The translations under genes and the position numbers were made by a program. Below the pieces are notes generated by a model. That model was not told the origin of the DNA and did not search any database. It saw nothing but the letters and a program-made list of their open reading frames with translations. A stretch of DNA of 62,665 nucleotides, filler included, from Dugesia japonica (Eukaryota), in assembly GCA_001938525.1 (NCBI GenBank). It is 6 parts of 6 records of this genome, joined end to end, with 100 filler letters (N's around TTAATTAATTAA, not from the genome) between each part and the next. Parts side by side here need not be neighbours in the genome. Positions count along the whole stretch, not along the records: positions 9,927 to 19,552 come from MQRL01621896.1; positions 19,653 to 30,310 come from MQRL01556791.1; 4 more parts are not named here. One strand, 5' to 3'. Numbering within the stretch: position 1 is the stretch's first letter; each line of letters begins with the position of its first letter. Positions 12,480 to 24,879 of the stretch are shown here, piece after piece.

Positions 12480-15400
12480 AATCAGATTTTAAAATAAATG
12501 TTCTATTTATTTATTAAAACTTAATTTTAGAATTTAAAACAGTTACTTATTAGTCATTTAATCTTTTATTCAGATTTTTAAAATAAATTTTCAGTTTATT
12601 TATGGAAATTTAATTTCAAAATTTAAAACAATACTTATTCGTCATTTAATTTTTCATTTCAATTTAAATCTTTTTCAAAAAAGATTTCAAGAAAACGATC
12701 ACCANCCACACGAAAATTTCAACTCGCTTAAAACATACTCACATCNCCNTTTTTAAGAAATTTTTTGATTTTCACTATGTTTCTTTCAAGACCTTTTACG
12801 TTTGTATCTTCCAGGATGTAACGTCTGTCATGAATCTTCCTCTTGATCTTATAAGGTCCTTCACAACAATATTGTTTCTTGTTTCAGCTTTCACTAAGAC
12901 TTCATCACCGATCTCGAATTGTCTTTTTGTTAATATTTCTTCCTCTTGTTCTTTGTGCACTCTTTGAGTATTGGTTTCATACCCTTTTTCTCTGCTTATT
13001 CTCTTCACAAATACGATTTCAGCAGGGCTTATCACGATAGTTTTCTGTTTTGTAGCATTTAAGATAAATTATTTCTCTGGGACTACATCCGCCCAATCTG
13101 AGGTTTACCTTTCTTTAAACGTTACATTAATCATATCTCGCATAGTTCTAAACTATCTCTTAATTTGTCCATTAGTCTTATGATGATATGGACTCAAAAA
13201 CCTGAGGGTAATTCTATGTTCAGCTGCAAAATCTTTCATTGATTTAGACACAAATGCTCTTCCAAAATCAATTCGAATTTCTCTCGGACACCCTAACTTT
13301 AATATCCACTTCTCAAATATTGCTTCCTGTTTGGCATCTTCATCTTGTTTTGTCATTGCTATCAAGGCTACATACTTACTGCATTGGTCTATTATACCGA
13401 GAACTTATTCTTTTCAGCCTCTAGTCTCCGGCAGCTGTCTACAGACATCTTTAAATAACAGTTCAATTATTTCGATTGATGCGTCTTTTTTGTTTCTTCC
13501 TTCGTTTCTGTTGTCAACACTTTAGTTTTCTGGCATTTTATACAGCTTCGTACAACCTCTAATACTTTAGTTCACAAATGTTTTGCGTTATATTTATGCT
13601 TCATATACGCTGCTACCAGCATGACACAAAAAATGATGTATCCTAATTATAACTTTTTCTACGTTATCATCAAGTATTTACGTTCCTTCAATCTATTCTC
13701 TAAAATGGCTTTGTTTTCCTTGTGACCCATATGTAATAACACTTTCTTTTTGTCTCTTTATACTATCCTTTCGAGATATTACTGCCACAATCGTATCGAA
13801 ACTCGCATTCGTGTCCATAATAAATCTTCTATTTATATCTGGAAAACATAATATTGGAGACATAATTAGTGCTTCTTTCATTCTATTAAAAAATTCTTCT
13901 AATTTGTTTACCCATTCAATTTTCTTACTACTCGGCCCACTACACAGTTGTTATAGAAATCTAGCTTTTTTCGAATAATCTTTAATTAAACTTGCAATAG
14001 GACTTGCAAATTCCTAAAATGCTTCTCATCTTCTTAACGTATTTTCGTTTACCAGCGTTCTTAATTGCTTCTATTTTAGTTGGATCTGTTTTGACACCTT
14101 CTTTACGTATAACGTGTCCCAAAAATTTGATCTCCTATCGTATGAATTGACATTTCTTCGGATTAACACTTAGACCAGCATTCTTAATTTCTGTTAATAC
14201 TTTATTGATTATTTCATAGTGTTACTCCTTTGTTTCAGTAAATATGAGAATATCATCTAAATAAACCATTGTTCCTTTTATTTTTGCAATCACTATATTC
14301 ATCATTTCCTGGAACGTACTTGGTGCTGCTGCAATTCCAAAAGGCATTCTATTGAAACAAAATTGCCCTGGTTTGGTCGAAAAAGCCGTCTTTCCTTGAG
14401 AATTTTACTGAGTTTCACTTGGTAGTATGCATTTCTCAAATCTATTGAGCTAAACTACTGCGTACTTTCCAAAGAATCTAGCATTTCGTCCACATTTGAC
14501 ATAGGAAAAGCTTGACTTTCTGTTATTGCATTGAGATGTCTTAAGTCTAAGCATAATAGTATATTCTTTTCTTTCTTTTTCCAAACACAGGTTAATGGCG
14601 TATTCCATTGCAAATTACACTTCCGGATAATACCATAATCATATAGATTCTTGATGGCCTCTTCAATCTTTTCCTCTAGATTCATTAGTTGACGATACGG
14701 TTTTATGTTGATTGGATCTTCTTTAGTGATTATTCGTTGCTTCGTTAAGTGTGTACATCCAATGTTTCATTTATCTGCCATAAATACATCCTCATTTTTC
14801 TGAATATATGCAGTCAATCTATGATCTTTGTTAATTTTTAGAATCTCCATTGTATGTCTCAATCGTTCAATCTGCCTTCGAAATTTTGCCTCGATGTTGC
14901 AAATAATTTTCTTCGATGATTATTGTTGTCTATGCTGCACTTTTTTTGAAGATGATACCCAAATGTCTTCTCAAATTTCATTCAACCAATTAGATCTGGT
15001 ATTAATTTCTCTACGATTATAAATATCACTTCCTTGCACACATCAGAAACTACAGCTTCCACACGTATCTTTTTAATCGTCTATAATGAGCTGTTATTCG
15101 TGCAATGCAATCGTTCCTCACCTTTCTCTAACATTGTTTCCTCAAGTCTACTGAATCCTGTCATGCTGTTTACATTTATGCTTGCTCATTCAGTTGTTTC
15201 TATCACTCCTGCTTTTTTAACTTCCGCATCATTGAAACTTTCTCTTTTTAGGAATCTGTAAACCTTTTCTCCCACTTTACTCATCTCGTTCTATTTCTCT
15301 GCTTCTTGAAGATATTCAAACGTTATCTCGTTTAATGAATGACTCCGACAAACTCATCTACTGATGGACCCCTGACGTGTGGGTATTCTCTTCTTGGATC

Positions 15401-15600
15401 TTTTTTTCTATTATGCCCCCAGTAAAAACCTCTTTATTCACATCATCATCTTCTTCTCAAATGGCATGAATTTGTTTGGTCCGACTTCAATCTTTTGTTT
15501 GTTGTTCGCTTTTAAAATTGTATCTTCTCTCTTCTAGTCTAGGTTAATAATGTTCGAATAACATTCTTCCGATCTGTAACCCTGTCTTTTTTATCTACCA
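12480..15600 (-). mobile_element. Degraded Ty3/gypsy LTR retrotransposon (pol: RT-RNaseH-IN, PPT, 3' LTR)
   Basis: IIRKCN..WNTPL, LCLDLRHLN, VYLDDILIF (~14250), MDTNASFDT, IRIDFGRAF, SPYHHKTNGQI. PPT at ~12744-12755 precedes LTR start TGTGAG at 12743. Confidence 0.9.
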
Positions 15601-15619
15601 CATATAATTTCTGTGCTTC

Positions 15620-15950
15620 TTTTCTACAAAAAATTTTCGATTTTCTACAAAAATTTAAAACACGAAAATTTGCAAATGCGGCATTTTTTACAAAAATTTT
15701 TTCGATTTGCGATTTTTGATTTTTTACAGGAAATTGCAAATGTGTCATTTTCTACAAAAATTTAAAACATGAAATTTTTCGATTTTTTATAGGAAATTGC
15801 AAGTGTGGCATTTTTTATAAGAAATTGCAAATGTGGTATTTTTTATAGGAAATTGGAAATGTGGTATTTTTTATAGGTAATTGTAAATGTGGTATTTTTT
15901 ATAGGAAATTGTAAATGTGGTATTTTTTATAGGAAATTTGAAAATTTAAA
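15620..15950. repeat. Tandem repeat (~28 bp unit TTTTTATAGGAAATTG(C/T)AAATGTGGTAT) upstream of ZnF-pPolB
   Basis: Directly visible; at least 6 good copies in 15780-15940 plus degenerate copies upstream. Confidence 0.9.
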
Positions 15951-16083
15951 ACATGAGAGGAAATGAAAAAAATTCCTCTTAAAAAAAATGAAAAAAAATT
16001 CCTCTTAAAACATAATAAAATGTTTAGGCTTAAAAAAGGCTTCAAAAATTTTTATAAGTATGATTAAAATTTATATTTAATAA

Positions 16084-19000
16084 ATGGAAGCAGTAACACT
16101 CCAATGTACCATTTGTAATAAAATATTTCAAAAACAATCGGGTCTTGCAACCCATAGAAACAATTGTGGTAGAAGAGGTTATAGATTTAAGTGTGTAATA
16201 TGTAAGGATAGATTTTTAACACAAGAACTACTAACCGTACATTTTAATTCAAATGTTTGTGTGGCACTATATTGTTACGTTTGTAAAAAAAAATTTCCTA
16301 ATCAAGAAAAAGCAAAAAAACATTAGGAAAGAAGAATACACCGAGAAAATGCAGAGGATCTTACAGTTTATTTATTTGAAGAACTTTCAGGAGAAAGACC
16401 AGAGAAATTAAAAATAGATGAATTATTTATAGGTCCCGAATATCAAGATTTTGTTATTACATATTTTGACGATTCTGCAATTTATTTAAGAAGAGATGTT
16501 GAAGTTTTTAAAAGTAGTGAATTTAATTATCAAGATGAGATTGAAAAAATTATTACAAGATTTTTTAAATTTGGAAAAATAATTTATGTTAATATTGGTG
16601 TAGAGGCAAATTATTCAAAAACTACAACAACTAAAAAAATAGAAAGAAGATTTAGATCGAATTCCCTCATTAGAAGATTAACAGTAAGAAATGAAATTGG
16701 AGAGAGAACTCGAGAAATAATAACTGATTTAGTAACACAAATTAATGGCGATAAAAGGGAAAGTAATTGGACTTTAGATTGTGTGGTTTATTATAAAATG
16801 AAACTTGGCATTTATGAATCACGCGCAGGTGCAACATATCAAAAATTACCATTTTTTAAAAAAGGAATTATTAATATTGAAAACCATGATAATAAATGTG
16901 TTCCTTATTCAATTCTAGCACACAAATATAGATATGAACATCCAACACGAGTAAGTCTTTATAAAAAACATTTAAATGAATTTGATTTAACAGGTGTAAA
17001 TTTTCCAGTAACAAATGATGATATAAAAAGATTTGAAAAAAATAATAATTGGCAAATTAATATTTTTGAGATTGAAAAAGTAAATGCAATTCCTGAATCA
17101 ACTCATATTTCTCACACTCTTTGTAAACCAGAACAAAATATGAATAAATGTAATTTGTTACTTTATAAAAATCATTATGTCCTATGTAAAAATTTAAATA
17201 CATTTATTAGCCGTCCTGAAGTTGATAATTATTTATGTGTAAATTGTATGAATGCCTATTCCTCTCAACAAAGACTTGATAATCATCAAGAAGAGTGTGT
17301 TCATCACAAACCAAGAAAAATTGAATTTGAAACAAAAGAATTTCATGAATTTACAGATTTTAATTTTATGATAGAAGTTCCATTTGTAGCATATGGGGAT
17401 TTTGAGGCATGCACTATTACCACCAACAATAAACAAAAACCAATTTCTCTTGGGGTTTATATTGTAAGCAAACATCAAGATTTAATTAAAACGGATTATA
17501 TAAAATTCACAGGTGAAAATGTGATAAATGAATTCATTCAATACATAAAAAATTTAAATTAAAAAGTAGATGAGCTTCTTGAAACAAATTTTATTAAATA
17601 TTACCCAAGAATTTTAAAAGATGAATGTTTTTACTGCAAGAAAACACTTGGGGGAAATCCAGAATAAGTTTACAACTTTTTCAATGGAGAATTTATTGGA
17701 GGAGCTCACGAATTTTGTAATAAGAAATATAAAAACATTAAGAAAAATTTCTTTTTACCATTTTACTTTCACAACGCATGTGGTTATGACAATCGTCTTT
17801 TCTTTAGGGAGCTCATAGAAAAACACCAAGATGATATAAAAGGAATTATACCACACANCGATGAGGAATACATTTCTTTTTCATTTAAAAAAAATCCGAT
17901 TTTTAGATTTTTACAGGATGTGTTCCGCAGACACAACAGTAGAAAAATAGGGACGATATTAAATAAAAATAATAAATACCCCCATTTAAAATCTTTCAAT
18001 TTAAAAGCAAAAAGGATAGCATTTCCTTATGAATATTTAAAAGGAAATAATGTGCAAGAAGTTGAGCAATTATTAAAAAGTAATAAAATACCCACAATAG
18101 AAGATTTTTTCAATGTCTTAAAAAAAAATAAAATAACCTTCATAGAATATAAGGAATTTTTAAAAGAGTTTTTTAAATTAGAAAATATGTGGGAACACAT
18201 GCTTCATTATTTAAAACTCTATGTTTTAATTCTTGAAGATTTCATGGAAAATCTTCGAGAAATTTGTATGAATTATTATGAAATCGATCCGTGTTGTTGT
18301 TACTCAGCTCCAGGACTTACTTGGGTAGCAGGAATAAAATTTACAGGAGCCAAGTTAAGATATCCAAAACAAGAAAGTTATGAGTATTGTTTAAAAAATC
18401 AACGAGGTAGTCGAGGTGGAGTTTCTGCAGCATGCGGCGAAAGACAAGTTTATTCATTTAATAAAAATATAGCAATTAGGAAATTTACAAAATCACAAGA
18501 AGAAGATCTCTTAAAATATTTGGTGCAAGGCGAAGAAATTCCGCAAGAAGTTTTCGAAGAAACATTTTTAAAATATATGGATCAATATTCTTTATATTCA
18601 GCATGCATGACAAAACCTCTTCCTATGGGTGATTACACAGAATTTAAAGAATTAACATATGAAAAATCAACAGATGAGTATAATTTCCTTTATGATGTTG
18701 ATTTGAAATATCCTCCAGAGATTCACGAAAAAACGAGGTATTTTCTATTGGCTCCAGAGAGGATAAATATTCAAAAGGAAATGTTGACTCCATACCAAAC
18801 CGGTTTTAATAAAAAACTTACCAAAGACAACACAAAATTAGCACTTACCCGATTTGATAAAATAAAATATATAATTCAAGGAAGCACTTTAGATTTATAT
18901 CTCAAACTTGGAATGAAGTTGAGAAAAATTTATTGTAAATATAAAGTTCCAACAACTCCATTGTTAAGATCATATATTCTTTTTAACATTGAAAAGAGAA

Positions 19001-19552
19001 ATGAGTCAAAAAGAAATGGAGATGAATTTGGCGATTATTTTTTCAAACTTTTAAATAATTCCTTTTATGTAAAAACTCTTGAAGATGTTTTTAAAAGAGT
19101 GGTCTTGGAATTTGTTACATGTAATAAAGATTTTCAAAGGGTTTCATCAAGATTAAAATTTAGATATTTTAAAATATTTTCAAGAAAATTAGCGGCAATG
19201 CATATGGAAAAAAAGACTGTTAAATATAATAAATTTCCATTTGTTGGTTTTGCTGTTTTAGAATATGCAAAAGAGATTATGCATACTTTTATATATNNTC
19301 AAATGCAACCAATGATTGGAATGGAAAATTATAAAATTCACTACACAGACACTGATTCTCTATTTGTTGAAATTACGGGGCAAGATAATTTTGACAAGTT
19401 GTCAACAATATTTGGGAAAGAACTCTTTCAAATGAAAGACGAAATGCCAGATAGTGAAATTACACACGCAGATTTTATAAGGGCAAAATGTTATGCTTTT
19501 AATTTTATAGTAAAGCTTTTAATTGAGTATTACAATAGACATAAAGGAGCAT
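16084..19552 (+). pseudogene. C2H2 zinc finger-fused Polinton/Maverick protein-primed DNA polymerase B (near full length, few stops, cut by scaffold end)
   Basis: Three zinc fingers (16084-16340) in the same frame as 16783-17562. vOTU-like DNKCVPYSILAH..KNHY; ExoI VAYGDFEA; ExoII YFHNACGYD; pol motifs YMDQYSLY, FFKLLNNSFY.K and HYTDTDSL. Confidence 0.92.
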
Positions 19553-19652
19553 NNNNNNNNNNNNNNNNNNNNNNNNNNNNNNNNNNNNNNNNNNNNTTAA
19601 TTAATTAANNNNNNNNNNNNNNNNNNNNNNNNNNNNNNNNNNNNNNNNNNNN
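19553..19652. other. Artificial scaffold linker
   Basis: N44-TTAATTAATTAA-N44. Confidence 0.97.
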
Positions 19653-19653
19653 A

Positions 19654-20291
19654 TTCTCTATGACAATCGGCGACGTTCGGCGCGGTGGTTGAACAGCGAT
19701 CAACAACCACAACACTTTTCGAAGCCGGAATTTCACCAAAAGAAGGTTATGGGGATTATTTGGTGGTCTGCAGCCGGTCTTATCCATCACAGCTTCCTGA
19801 ATCCGAGCGAAACGATTACAACAGAGAAGTACTACCAACAAATTGATGAAATGCACCAGAAGCTTCAACGTATGTGTCCAGCATTAGTCAAATAGAAAAA
19901 GACCAATTCTTCTCCATGACAACGCTCGGCCACACGTCGCTGAACTGACCCGGTAGAAGTTGCACGAATTGAACTACGAGACTCCGCCTCATCCGCCATA
20001 TTCGCCGGATCTCTCACTTTTATCACTATCACTTTTTCAAGCATCTGGACAACTTTCTCCAAGAGAATTGCTTCAAAAACCAAGACGATGTCAAAAACGC
20101 ATTTGCTAACTTCATCACCACAAGTCCTCCGGATTTCTATACTACCGGTATAAATAAACTTCTTTCACGTTGGCAAAAATGCGTTGATTCTAGTGGGTTT
20201 TATTTTGATTATTAAACTTGTTTATAAGCTGAGTTGTACTAATTAAAAGTTGAGATTTAATAACCTGCATTTATATTTCATCAACCTAATA
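19654..20291 (+). mobile_element. Mariner (DD34D) transposon, 3' half, inactive
   Basis: KKVMGIIWWSAAGLIHHSFL, LHDNARPH, PHPPYSPDL, RWQKCVDSSGFYFD. Ends ..TCAACCTAA followed by TA. Confidence 0.93.
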
Positions 20292-20488
20292 TTTTACATT
20301 ATTAATTAAAAATAAACTTTTTTTAAAGTAAATATAAGTAAAATTAATTTTCATTATTTTCCATGTTATAAATAAAACATGTTCGGTGTTTTATAATAAT
20401 ATAAGTACTCTAAAGTTGTTTTTATGAAGAACGATTGATAAATGAAACTAGTATATTTTATTATCGCTCAAATACACAAAAGCACTGT

Positions 20489-20563
20489 AATTCGCGGTTC
20501 ACTTAACACGCGGTATGTGAATCTTGGATCCGCACTACCGCATGTTAACGTGGTTTGACTGTA
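20489..20563. mobile_element. pogo/Tigger-like terminal fragment
   Basis: Reverse complement reads TA-CAGTCAAACCACGTTAACATGCGG with an internal repeat (TTAACACGCGG). No partner end seen. Confidence 0.45.
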
Positions 20564-21359
20564 TTTTGTTTTGTTTTATTTATTTATTCATCGTTGGTTA
20601 TAATTAAATTTAAAAATTAAACACTCAAAGCTACGCTTAAAACAAAAAATAGTGCATTTTTTCAGAAATCGAAACAGAAAAAAAGGTCCAAACCCTTAAT
20701 AAAAGTGATATCATATTAGATTAAAAAAATTTTTTTCATTAATATTTTCATATTTGGGAAATTATCAGTAATAATTGTAAAAATAATAATTATCAAATGA
20801 ATTGAAATATTTATTTCTATCATTCTATTTGTTTTGTTTCTTTTCAAGTTTTGGGATTATGCATATATTCTATGTTTTCCTTAATTATAAATTCTCATTC
20901 CGTCGCTTCTTTTAGAAGAAATCGTAATACAAACAACACTATATTTCTTTGTAATTAAAAATCATATCCGTTCATTCTTTTTTTTAAACAATATTTCGAT
21001 AATACTAGCATTTTGATTTCTTGTCAAATCGAAAATTTTTCATTAAAAATATAATAATAAAAAAAAATAATATAGTCACTGATAAATAATTTTTAAAAGT
21101 TGATACTAAATAATAGAAAAACTAAATAAGAAAATATTTAATTTATTTTAATTGTTTTATCTTTATTTTATCGATTTCATTTTCCGAAGAATTTATTTAT
21201 ATTTTTAAAATTTTTTATTAATAATTTTACTGGGTTATGCTTGAATATAAATATGTTTGAAATTAATTAATAAAAAATATGTGATTGTACTATTCAATAT
21301 ATGCCTTATTAATTTAACGTTTTATTTGGAATTTTATTCTTTATTATAATTAAATAGTA

Positions 21360-21515
21360 AAATTATTTATAATATAATAAATATTATATAATAATATTAT
21401 ATTATATTAATAATATATTAATTAATATTATTATTAATATAATATTAATAATATTATATTGATAATATTATATAATAATATATTATATAATAATATTATA
21501 TAATATTATAATAAT
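21360..21515. repeat. AT-only low-complexity (TAA/TAT) tract
   Basis: Directly visible. Confidence 0.9.
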
Positions 21516-22604
21516 GAATATGATTTTAGTTCACTAACAAACTTAACTAAAAAAAAACCTAACAAGCTTATAAATTGAAAATAATTTCTAGTGGTACCTA
21601 GACAAATTTTAACTAATTTTCTTCACTATTTTTAACGATTGCTATTAATATGTCTAACAAGATTTGAATTGGAATCGAATTATGGACCTAGTTATGATGA
21701 CATTAGTTTAGAATTTATTGTTGATTGATTCATCATTTTTACGATTTGATCGTTTGTAATCGTTTGTTAGAGGCTCGGCACTTGATGATTGATACTACTT
21801 TCCTTCGCCTCTCCTTTTATTTGACAGATATCGCAGTCCAAACGACCGCCGGGAGACTTGACAGCAGACATAGAGGCATCAATGATTTTTGCAGATTGTT
21901 GCATGCAATCTCTGTTGATATTCTTGCATCGATACATATAAATATCGTATCTGACCAAGTCGTTTCTGGTTTTCTCACTTATTCTACGAACTGGACAGCT
22001 GGGGTTTGACATAGACTTGATTGATGCTACCAAAGTTTGTGCATGTTACCAGATGAAGCGGTTGATTTAAACAAAAGTTATCTAAAAAAATTCCAAACTC
22101 TTTTTACGAAAAATCCGGAGGCGATGAAGTGTAATTAATTGCTGTAAAATTGTTTTTCTCGGATTTTCTGCTTTCTATTGGTAGCACCTTTAGAGAAACT
22201 GGGTGCTACACTCACTCTATATTACAGCTGTTTCGTTGATTATGTCGCCTGCTGTTGAAAATAGTAAATGCACACAAACTAAGTTTACAATGTTTGATGT
22301 TATTAAATTGGGTATTTAAATATAATTAATTAATTAGTCGTATTCTTTTTAGATAAATAAATTAAGAGACTACAAACACAAAATAAAATTGTAAATAAAT
22401 ATATTTTATTTGCCTTGTATTATTAAAATAATCGCATAATAAATATTATTAACAAACAGTTTGTAGTTAATTATTGTTATTTTTAACAATTTATCTTATA
22501 ATAATAAATTCATAATACATTTAAACAACATATATATTATAAACAATAATTACTTTCACATTATTAATTATATAACAAAATAAATAAAACAATAAATAAT
22601 AAAT

Positions 22605-24095
22605 TTGAATTCCTTGATATATTTGCTTAATAAATTGTTAAAGAAAATAATAATATTACTAAAGATATATTTGAGAAATTACGTCCTAGAGGTTCACAAC
22701 CTGCGAAACTTTATGGACTTCNNNNNNNNNNNNNNNNNNNNNNNNNNNNNNNNNNNNNNNNNNNNNNGATAAAAACAGCTCAATATAAAGTTGCAAAATT
22801 ATTGGTTGATCTTATTAAGACTTTACATAAATCTGAATTTGAGTGCAAAGATAGTTTTGAATTTTTATCCTTTATCACCCAGTATCCATTGGCTAGTAAT
22901 GATTGCTTTATGGTCTCATTTAATGTAACAAGTTTATTCACTAATGTTCCATTAAAAGACACTATAGATTTGTATTGTGAAATATGGAGTGATTTTAATC
23001 CTAACAAATCTTCTTTAGATGATATAGCGTTTTATGATCTTTTATCTTTTGCAATCTCGAATGTTCAATTTCTTCTTAATGATCAATGGTATAGACAGAT
23101 TGATGGTGTCGCGACGGGATCCCCATTAGCTCCAATATTAACTTCTATTTTCTTGTCTAAATTAGAGAGTAAAATAAATGATTATTCTTTTGTTAAACCT
23201 TTAGTTTAGAAAACGTTTTTTTTGATGAAATTTTTCTTGTTTTTGAAAATTGCTCTCAAGTGCATCCGTTTTTGGAGTATATGAATACCTTGCATTCAAA
23301 TATGGGCTTTACAGTTGAAGAAGAGATCAATTCAACTATCCAATTTCTTGATTTGCTTATTGAAAGAAAGAATACTTCATTTGAAACAGAGATATATAGA
23401 AAGAAAACTGATACCGGTTTGTTTACAAATCCTTCCAGTTTTTGTGACATAAAATATAAAAGTAATATGATTAAAAGACTATTTCATCGTTCTTGGTCTC
23501 TCTCTTCTACTTTTATCAAAACAGACAAGAGTCTAAAAAATTTTTTTGACTAACTTCATAATAATTCGTATTCTAAATTGTTTACGGACAAATCAGTTTA
23601 TGAAACTTTCAATAAACTTAATAGTGATTTGTCTCGTGTGGATGCATCTAAGGTTGTAGAAACAGCTCCTAAAATTGTTTTATCTGTACCTTATTTTGAA
23701 GACTTTAGAAAATTCAAACTTTCGATTGAAAATGTCTTAAGAATATTTTAAATATAAAGGTTGTATCCCAATTTCATAAGGTTATAAATATGTCCAAAAA
23801 TAAATCGTTAACCCCTTTAGGATTGGTCTATGATCTGGTCTATCAATTTAAATATAATGGGTGTAACGCCACATACATTGGAGAGACTTCCCGTCATCTC
23901 TGCGCCAGAGTTCAAAAGCATAATCAAAATAGTGGTAATAGTAATATTGTTGAATATCGGAGAAAATGTAGGAAATCAATAGGGATGTCTGAATTTTAAA
24001 TTTTTTGAAGTGGATTTAATAATTATTGGGAGAGAGTGATGTCTGAAGCTTTGTTAATAAGGGCATCAAATCCTAAAATGAATGTTCAGTTAACA
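22605..24095 (+). mobile_element. Penelope-like retroelement (RT + C-terminal GIY-YIG endonuclease), degraded
   Basis: RPRGSQPAKLYGL, SFNVTSLFTNVPL, YRQIDGVATGSPLAP, FLDLLI, IYRKKTDTG; GIY-YIG LVYQFK..CNATYIGETSRHL..RVQKH. Confidence 0.92.
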
Positions 24096-24194
24096 TAGCT
24101 CTTAAAATTATTTTTTTAATTATTTATTGATATTGCATAATTGAAATTATATAATCATTTAAACTTTGTAAAAAGTTTGTTTTAATATTCTTTA

Positions 24195-24240
24195 ATTGCC
24201 TGATGATGACGGTTATTCCGTCGAAATTGATCACAACAAA
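24195..24240 (+). ncRNA. Minimal hammerhead ribozyme core in the Penelope 3' region (probably degenerate)
   Basis: CTGATGA-T-GACGG-TTATT-CCGTC-GAAA followed by the palindrome TGATCA, ~100 bp after the GIY-YIG stop. Minimal type I hammerheads are a known feature of PLE pseudo-LTRs. Confidence 0.7.
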
Positions 24241-24460
24241 TAAATATTTTAGAAAATGGTATTCAATTATTATATAAATAATAAAGTATAATTTTCGAAT
24301 ATAGATATGAGTTGAGCTTATGAAAAACAGGTTTTTGAGTAATATTGTCATATTGCCAAATTTAAATATTTAATAAAACACTTTTATTGAAATAGTTTAC
24401 ATTTAAATAAATTTTTTTATAGATTTTTACAATCTAATTTTTTGCAAATTGGTTTTATAG

Positions 24461-24832
24461 CAGTGGTTCTCAAAATATTGTTCGTAGCCCAATTGAAGGT
24501 GAACCATATTGAGATACCTCTTTTCTATATATCTTCAGGAAAAGCATTTAACATGTAGATATATTCACTCAAGAGTACATGATGTTGGAAAAAATAGCGC
24601 TACGCCCAGGATATATACCACTTCATACACAGGCGTACGTAAAAAGTTTAATAGACTACTTTTCCACTGTGATAGCAGCATATATGTATAAGAAACAAAG
24701 AAAAAGTAAATCGAATAAAACTTTATTGAACCAACTTATATAACTATATAGAAAATATTTAATATTTGAGGTCACCACAACATCAGAAACCACATTAAAG
24801 GGTTGTAACATAAGGAAGGTGAAGAACCACTG
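24461..24832. mobile_element. hAT-Charlie-type MITE
   Basis: TIRs CAGTGGTTCT / AGAACCACTG; flanks TTTTATAG / GTTTATTG (6/8, degenerate TSD). Confidence 0.7.
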
Positions 24833-24879
24833 GTTTATTGCTATGTTTCTTAACCCAAAATAATCTGAGAAGTTTTTCA

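Noticed and set aside
15620-15950. CRISPR-like array (also considered for 8406-8650 and 1610-1865)
   Set aside because: Units are head-to-tail or degenerate without unique constant-length spacers, there are no cas genes and the context is eukaryotic.
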